This document shows positions 56,501 through 64,000 of a stretch of DNA of 64,000 nt, piece after piece; the first letter of the stretch is position 1, and every line of letters starts with the position of its first letter. This DNA is from Eledone cirrhosa (taxonomy: Eukaryota), in the NCBI GenBank assembly GCA_964016885.1, contig OZ024743.1:233864001-233928000 (forward strand), read 5' to 3'. The notes under the pieces are model-generated. The model had not been told where the DNA came from. It was given only the letters and a program-made list of their open reading frames with translations, and made no database searches. A program made the position numbers and the translations under genes.

Positions 56501-59364
56501 AGGTAACTCCGCCGGCAAATCGTCATTTTTGGATTCGTTTTCTTCGAAGCACACCATTCGCCGGCGGACTTTGTTGACGTTTAACACGGTTTGGTTCCAC
56601 AGCCACAACTATTGATTTTACGGAGATATCTTGCTGAAATTCACGCCACACATAGCCAATGAGTCTCTGCACATGTACCATTAATTACAGATCGATCCGA
56701 CCACGGGCGGTCGGTTTGCGATTGAAAAGGTAACTCCGCCGGCAAATCGTCATTTTTGGATTCGTTTTCTTCGAAGCACACCATTCGCCGGCTGACTTTG
56801 TTGACGTTTAACACGGTTTGGTTCCACAGCCACAACTATTGATTTTAAGGAGATATCTTGCTGAAATTCACGCCACACATAGCCAATGAGTGTCTGCACA
56901 GGTACCAGTAATTACAGATCGATCCGACCACGGGCGGCCGGCCCGCGATTTAAAAGGTAACTCCGCCGGCAAATCGTCATTTTTGGATTCGTTTTCTTCG
57001 AAGCACACCATTCGCCGGCGGACTTTGTTGACGTTTAACACGGTTTGGTTCCACAGCCACAACTATTGATTTTACGGAGATATCTTGCTGAAATTCACGC
57101 CACACATAGCCAATGAGTGTCTGCACATGTACAAGTAATTACAGATCGATCCGACCACGGGCGGCCGGCCCGCGATTGAAAAGGTAACTCCGCCGGCAAA
57201 TCGTCATTTTTGGATTCGTTTTCTTCGAAGCACACCATTCGCCGGCTGACTTTGTTGACGTTTAACACGGTTTGGTTCCACAGCCACAACTATTGATTTT
57301 ACGGAGATATCTTGCTGAAATTCACGCCACACATAGCCAATGAGTGTCTGCACATGTACCAGTAATTACAGATCGATCCGACCACGGGCGGTCGGTTTGC
57401 GATTGAAAAGGTAACTCCGCCGGCAAATCGTCATTTTTGGATTCGTTTTCTTCGAAGCACACCATTCGCCGGCGGACTTTGTTGACGTTTAACACGGTTT
57501 GGTTCCACAGCCACAACTATTGATTTTACGGAGATATCTTGCTGAAATTCACGCCACACATAGCCAATGAGTGTCTGCACATGTACCAGTAATTACAGAT
57601 CGATCCGACCACGGGCGGTCGGTTTGCGATTGAAAAGGTAACTCCGCCGGCAAATCGTCATTTTTGGATTCGTTTTCTTCGAAGCACACCATTCGCCGGC
57701 TGACTTTGTTGACGTTTAACACGGTTTGGTTCCACAGCCACAACTATTGATTTTACGGAGATATCTTGCTGAAATTCACGCCACACATAGCCAATGAGTG
57801 TCTGCACATGTACCAGTAATTACAGATCGATCCGACCACGGGCGGTCGGTTTGCGATTGAAAAGGTAACTCCGCCGGCAAATCGTCATTTTTGGATTCGT
57901 TTTCTTCGAAGCACACCATTCGCCGGCGGACTTTGTTGACGTTTAACACGGTTTGGTTCCACAGCCACAACTATTGATTTTACGGAGATATCTTGCTGAA
58001 ATTCACGCCACACATAGCCAATGAGTGTCTGCACATGTATCAGTAATTACAGATCGATCCGACCACGGGCGGCCGGCCCGCGATTGAAAAGGTAACTCCG
58101 CCGGCAAATCGTCATTTTTGGATTCGTTTTCTTCGAAGCACACCATTCGCCGGCGGACTTTGTTGACGTTTAACACGGTTTGGTTCCACAGCCACAACTA
58201 TTGATTTTACGGAGATATCTTGCTGAAATTCACGCCACACATAGCCAATGAGTGTCTGCACATGTACCAGTAATTACAGATCGATCCGACCACGGGCGGC
58301 CGGCCCGCGATTGAAAAGGTAACTCCGCCGGCAAATCGTCATTTTTGGATTCGTTTTCTTCGAAGCACACCATTCGCCGGCGGACTTTGTTGACGTTTAA
58401 CACGGTTTGGTTCCACAGCCACAACTATTGATTTTACGGAGATATCTTGCTGAAATTCACGCCACACATAGCCAATGAGTCTCTGCACATGTACCATTAA
58501 TTACAGATCGATCCGACCACGGGCGGTCGGTTTGCGATTGAAAAGGTAACTCCGCCGGCAAATCGTCATTTTTGGATTCGTTTTCTTCGAAGCACACCAT
58601 TCGCCGGCGGACTTTGTTGACGTTTAACACGGTTTGGTTCCACAGCCACAACTATTGATTTTACGGAGATATCTTGCTGAAATTCACGCCACACATAGCC
58701 AATGAGTGTCTGCACATGTATCAGTAATTACAGATCGATCCGACCACGGGCGGCCGGCCCGCGATTGAAAAGGTAACTCCGCCGGCAAATCGTCATTTTT
58801 GGATTCGTTTTCTTCGAAGCACACCATTCGCCGGCGGACTTTGTTGACGTTTAACACGGTTTGGTTCCACAGCCACAACTATTGATTTTACGGAGATATC
58901 TTGCTGAAATTCACGCCACACATAGCCAATGAGTGTCTGCACATGTACCAGTAATTACAGATCGATCCGACCACGGGCGGCCGGCCCGCGATTGAAAAGG
59001 TAACTCCGCCGGCAAATCGTCATTTTTGGATTCGTTTTCTTCGAAGCACACCATTCGCCGGCTGACTTTGTTGATGTTTAACACGGTTTGGTTCCACAGC
59101 CACAACTATTGATTTTAAGGAGATATCTTGCTGAAATTCACGCCACACATAGCCAATGAGTGTCTGCACAGGTACCAGTAATTACAGATCGATCCGACCA
59201 CGGGCGGCCGGCCCGCTATTGAAAAGGTAACTCCGCCGGCAAATCGTCATTTTTGGATTCGTTTTCTTCGAAGCACACCATTCGCCGGCGGACTTTGTTG
59301 ACGTTTAACACGGTTTGGTTCCACAGCCACAACTATTGATTTTACGGAGATATCTTGCTGAAAT
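50512..59364. repeat. 15-monomer block present three times, with the middle copy shortened to 9 monomers
   Basis: 50512-53916 matches 55960-59364 in variant order, and 53917-55959 is an internally shortened copy. The region-specific 201T marker lies at 51503, 54908 and 56951 (spacings 3405 and 2043 bp). Confidence 0.88.
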
Positions 59365-61634
59365 TCACGCCACACATAGCCAATGAGTGTCTGCACATGT
59401 ACCAGTAATTACAGATCGATCCGACCACGGGCGGCCGGCCCGCGATTGAAAAGGTAACTCCGCCGGCAAATCGTCATTTTTGGATTCGTTTTCTTCGAAG
59501 CACACCATTCGCCGGCGGACTTTGTTGACGTTTAACACGGTTTGGTTCCACAGCCACAACTATTGATTTTACGGAGATATCTTGCTGAAATTCACGCCAC
59601 ACATAGCCAATGAGTGTCTGCACATGTACCAGTAATTACAGATCGATCCGACCACGGGCGGTCGGTTTGCGATTGAAAAGGTAACTCCGCCGGCAAATCG
59701 TCATTTTTGGATTCGTTTTCTTCGAAGCACACCATTCGCCGGCTGACTTTGTTGACGTTTAACACGGTTTGGTTCCACAGCCACAACTATTGATTTTACG
59801 GAGATATCTTGCTGAAATTCACGCCACACATAGCCAATGAGTGTCTGCACATGTACCAGTAATTACAGATCGATCCGACCACGGGCGGTCGGTTTGCGAT
59901 TGAAAAGGTAACTCCGCCGGCAAATCGTCATTTTTGGATTCGTTTTCTTCGAAGCACACCATTCGCCGGCGGACTTTGTTGACGTTTAACACGGTTTGGT
60001 TCCACAGCCACAACTATTGATTTTACGGAGATATCTTGCTGAAATTCACGCCACACATAGCCAATGAGTGTCTGCACATGTATCAGTAATTACAGATCGA
60101 TCCGACCACGGGCGGCCGGCCCGCGATTGAAAAGGTAACTCCGCCGGCAAATCGTCATTTTTGGATTCGTTTTCTTCGAAGCACACCATTCGCCGGCGGA
60201 CTTTGTTGACGTTTAACACGGTTTGGTTCCACAGCCACAACTATTGATTTTACGGAGATATCTTGCTGAAATTCACGCCACACATAGCCAATGAGTGTCT
60301 GCACATGTACCAGTAATTACAGATCGATCCGACCACGGGCGGCCGGCCCGCGATTGAAAAGGTAACTCCGCCGGCAAATCGTCATTTTTGGATTCGTTTT
60401 CTTCGAAGCACACCATTCGCCGGCGGACTTTGTTGACGTTTAACACGGTTTGGTTCCACAGCCACAACTATTGATTTTACGGAGATATCTTGCTGAAATT
60501 CACGCCACACATAGCCAATGAGTCTCTGCACATGTACCATTAATTACAGATCGATCCGACCACGGGCGGTCGGTTTGCGATTGAAAAGGTAACTCCGCCG
60601 GCAAATCGTCATTTTTGGATTCGTTTTCTTCGAAGCACACCATTCGCCGGCGGACTTTGTTGACGTTTAACACGGTTTGGTTCCACAGCCACAACTATTG
60701 ATTTTACGGAGATATCTTGCTGAAATTCACGCCACACATAGCCAATGAGTGTCTGCACATGTATCAGTAATTACAGATCGATCCGACCACGGGCGGCCGG
60801 CCCGCGATTGAAAAGGTAACTCCGCCGGCAAATCGTCATTTTTGGATTCGTTTTCTTCGAAGCACACCATTCGCCGGCGGACTTTGTTGACGTTTAACAC
60901 GGTTTGGTTCCACAGCCACAACTATTGATTTTACGGAGATATCTTGCTGAAATTCACGCCACACATAGCCAATGAGTGTCTGCACATGTACCAGTAATTA
61001 CAGATCGATCCGACCACGGGCGGCCGGCCCGCGATTGAAAAGGTAACTCCGCCGGCAAATCGTCATTTTTGGATTCGTTTTCTTCGAAGCACACCATTCG
61101 CCGGCTGACTTTGTTGATGTTTAACACGGTTTGGTTCCACAGCCACAACTATTGATTTTAAGGAGATATCTTGCTGAAATTCACGCCACACATAGCCAAT
61201 GAGTGTCTGCACAGGTACCAGTAATTACAGATCGATCCGACCACGGGCGGCCGGCCCGCTATTGAAAAGGTAACTCCGCCGGCAAATCGTCATTTTTGGA
61301 TTCGTTTTCTTCGAAGCACACCATTCGCCGGCGGACTTTGTTGACGTTTAACAGGGTTTGGTTCCACAGCCACAACTATTGATTTTACGGAGATATCTTG
61401 CTGAAATTCACGCCACACATAGCCAATGAGTGTCTGCACATGTACCAGTAATTACAGATCGATGCGACCACGGGCGGCCGGCCCGCGATTGAAAAGGTAA
61501 CTCCGCCGGCAAATCGTCATTTTTGGATTCGTTTTCTTCGAAGCACACCATTCGCCGGCGGACTTTGTTGACGTTTAACACGGTTTGGTTCCACAGCCAC
61601 AACTATTGATTTTACGGAGATATCTTGCTGAAAT
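57549..61634. repeat. Near-identical tandem 9-monomer block (2 x 2043 bp)
   Basis: The variant order in 57549-59591 matches 59592-61634, apart from 64G at about 61354 and a private G at 61464. Confidence 0.75.
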
Positions 61635-62996
61635 TCACGCCACACATAGCCAATGAGTGTATGCACATGTACCAGTAATTACAGATCGATCCGACCACGG
61701 GCGGTCGGTTTGCGATTGAAAAGGTAACTCCGCCGGCAAATCGTCATTTTTGGATTCGTTTTCTTCGAAGCACACCATTCGCCGGCTGACTTTGTTGACG
61801 TTTAACACGGTTTGGTTCCACAGCCACAACTATTGATTTTACGGAGATATCTTGCTGAAATTCACGCCACACATAGCCAATGAGTGTCTGCACATGTACC
61901 AGTAATTACAGATCGATCCGACCACGGGCGGTCGGTTTGCGATTGAAAAGGTAACTCCGCCGGCAAATCGTCATTTTTGGATTCGTTTTCTTCGAAGCAC
62001 ACCATTCGCCGGCGGACTTTGTTGACGTTTAACACGGTTTGGTTCCACAGCCACAACTATTGATTTTACGGAGATATCTTGCTGAAATTCACGCCACACA
62101 TAGCCAATGAGTGTCTGCACAGGTACCAGTAATTACAGATCGATCCGACCACGGGCGGCCGGCCCGCTATTGAAAAGGTAACTCCGCCGGCAAATCGTCA
62201 TTTTTGGATTCGTTTTCTTCGAAGCACACCATTCGCCGGCGGACTTTGTTGACGTTTAACAGGGTTTGGTTCCACAGCCACAACTATTGATTTTACGGAG
62301 ATATCTTGCTGAAATTCACGCCACACATAGCCAATGAGTGTCTGCACATGTACCAGTAATTACAGATCGATCCGACCACGGGCGGCCGGCCCGCGATTGA
62401 AAAGGTAACTCCGCCGGCAAATCGTCATTTTTGGATTCGTTTTCTTCGAAGCACACCATTCGCCGGCGGACTTTGTTGACGTTTAACACGGTTTGGTTCC
62501 ACAGCCACAACTATTGATTTTACGGAGATATCTTGCTGAAATTCACGCCACACATAGCCAATGAGTGTATGCACATGTACCAGTAATTACAGATCGATCC
62601 GACCACGGGCGGTCGGTTTGCGATTGAAAAGGTAACTCCGCCGGCAAATCGTCATTTTTGGATTCGTTTTCTTCGAAGCACACCATTCGCCGGCTGACTT
62701 TGTTGACGTTTAACACGGTTTGGTTCCACAGCCACAACTATTGATTTTACGGAGATATCTTGCTGAAATTCACGCCACACATAGCCAATGAGTGTCTGCA
62801 CATGTACCAGTAATTACAGATCGATCCGACCACGGGCGGTCGGTTTGCGATTGAAAAGGTAACTCCGCCGGCAAATCGTCATTTTTGGATTCGTTTTCTT
62901 CGAAGCACACCATTCGCCGGCGGACTTTGTTGACGTTTAACACGGTTTGGTTCCACAGCCACAACTATTGATTTTACGGAGATATCTTGCTGAAAT
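61181..62996. repeat. Tandem duplication of a 4-monomer block (2 x 908 bp)
   Basis: The 144A marker occurs only at 61661 and 62569, 908 bp apart. Both copies start with a 197T monomer followed by 64G. Confidence 0.85.
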
Positions 62997-64000
62997 TCAC
63001 GCCACACATAGCCAATGAGTGTCTGCACATGTACCAGTAATTACAGATCGATCCGACCACGGGCGGCCGGCCCGCGATTGAAAAGGTAACTCCGCCGGCA
63101 AATCGTCATTTTTGGATTCGTTTTCTTCGAAGCACACCATTCGCCGGCGGACTTTGTTGACGTTTAACACGGTTTGGTTCCACAGCCACAACTATTGATT
63201 TTACGGAGATATCTTGCTGAAATTCACGCCACACATAGCCAATGAGTGTCTGCACATGTACCAGTAATTACAGATCGATCCGACCACGGGCGGTCGGTTT
63301 GCGATTGAAAAGGTAACTCCGCCGGCAAATCGTCATTTTTGGATTCGTTTTCTTCGAAGCACACCATTCGCCGGCTGACTTTGTTGACGTTTAACACGGT
63401 TTGGTTCCACAGCCACAACTATTGATTTTACGGAGATATCTTGCTGAAATTCACGCCACACATAGCCAATGAGTGTCTGCACATGTACCAGTAATTACAG
63501 ATCGATCCGACCACGGGCGGTCGGTTTGCGATTGAAAAGGTAACTCCGCCGGCAAATCGTCATTTTTGGATTCGTTTTCTTCGAAGCACACCATTCGCCG
63601 GCGGACTTTGTTGACGTTTAACACGGTTTGGTTCCACAGCCACAACTATTGATTTTACGGAGATATCTTGCTGAAATTCACGCCACACATAGCCAATGAG
63701 TGTCTGCACATGTATCAGTAATTACAGATCGATCCGACCACGGGCGGCCGGCCCGCGATTGAAAAGGTAACTCCGCCGGCAAATCGTCATTTTTGGATTC
63801 GTTTTCTTCGAAGCACACCATTCGCCGGCGGACTTTGTTGACGTTTAACACGGTTTGGTTCCACAGCCACAACTATTGATTTTACGGAGATATCTTGCTG
63901 AAATTCACGCCACACATAGCCAATGAGTGTCTGCACATGTACAAGTAATTACAGATCGATCCGACCACGGGCGGCCGGCCCGCGATTGAAAAGGTAACTC

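Larger units (their letters stand above)
1..64000. repeat. 227-bp tandem satellite array, about 282 copies, running off both window ends
   Basis: Majority monomer: CATTTTTGGATTCGTTTTCTTCGAAGCACACCATTCGCCGGCGGACTTTGTTGACGTTTAACACGGTTTGGTTCCACAGCCACAACTATTGATTTTACGGAGATATCTTGCTGAAATTCACGCCACACATAGCCAATGAGTGTCTGCACATGTACCAGTAATTACAGATCGATCCGACCACGGGCGGCCGGCCCGCGATTGAAAAGGTAACTCCGCCGGCAAATCGT. Every ORF-track coordinate equals 118+227k (k=280 gives 63678), so phase is never lost. Copies differ only by a few substitutions. Confidence 0.99.

Noticed and set aside
118-63872. About 254 copies of a 64-aa minus-strand ORF (MWLWNQTVLN...HWLCVA)
   Set aside because: It starts at TTG with no evident ribosome-binding site and has no recognisable domain. 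Most variants are non-synonymous, and 27 monomers carry stops (26 with 197T, one at 38437) that have been freely amplified. It is best explained as a chance ORF multiplied by the repeat.
1-64000. CRISPR array or diversity-cassette system
   Set aside because: There are no unique spacers or variable cassettes; the whole 227 bp repeats with only sparse SNPs, and no cas, RT or recombinase gene is present.
1-64000. One long repeat-protein ORF running through the array
   Set aside because: 227 is not a multiple of 3, and the ORF track shows nothing longer than 64 aa.
1-64000. Rolling-circle/concatemer sequencing artefact or a collapsed consensus
   Set aside because: Variants form reproducible linked haplotypes in nested block patterns without indels, unlike random read error or a single repeated template. 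Individual block duplications still need read validation.
1-64000. A single fixed-period higher-order repeat
   Set aside because: Marker spacings vary from 4 to 19 monomers for 197T, and block periods are 3-26 monomers, each repeated only 2-3 times.

Overview
The whole 64,000-bp window is one uninterrupted head-to-tail tandem array of a 227-bp monomer: 281 full copies plus 213 bp, about 49% GC, all in one orientation, with no net indel. It looks like a highly homogenised eukaryotic-type satellite DNA, possibly centromeric, but I cannot name the organism or the satellite family. I find no credible protein gene, rRNA, tRNA, CRISPR array or transposon. The repeated 64-aa ORF is an artefact of the repeat. 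The informative signal is (i) about 27 substitutions that define monomer haplotypes, whose order records nested block duplications of 3, 4, 5, 9, 10, 11, 15, 18 and 26 monomers rather than one fixed higher-order repeat; (ii) an unusually dyad-rich monomer, with six perfect 8-bp palindromes and a 14/16-bp inverted repeat; (iii) a strongly GC-to-AT-biased variant spectrum with no CpG depletion; and (iv) a speculative ordered motif set (CCAAT box, GC box, splice donor, Sm-like site) worth testing for a small-RNA or spliced-leader gene. 'Monomer position' below means ((coordinate-1) mod 227)+1. All counts were made by eye, not computed.
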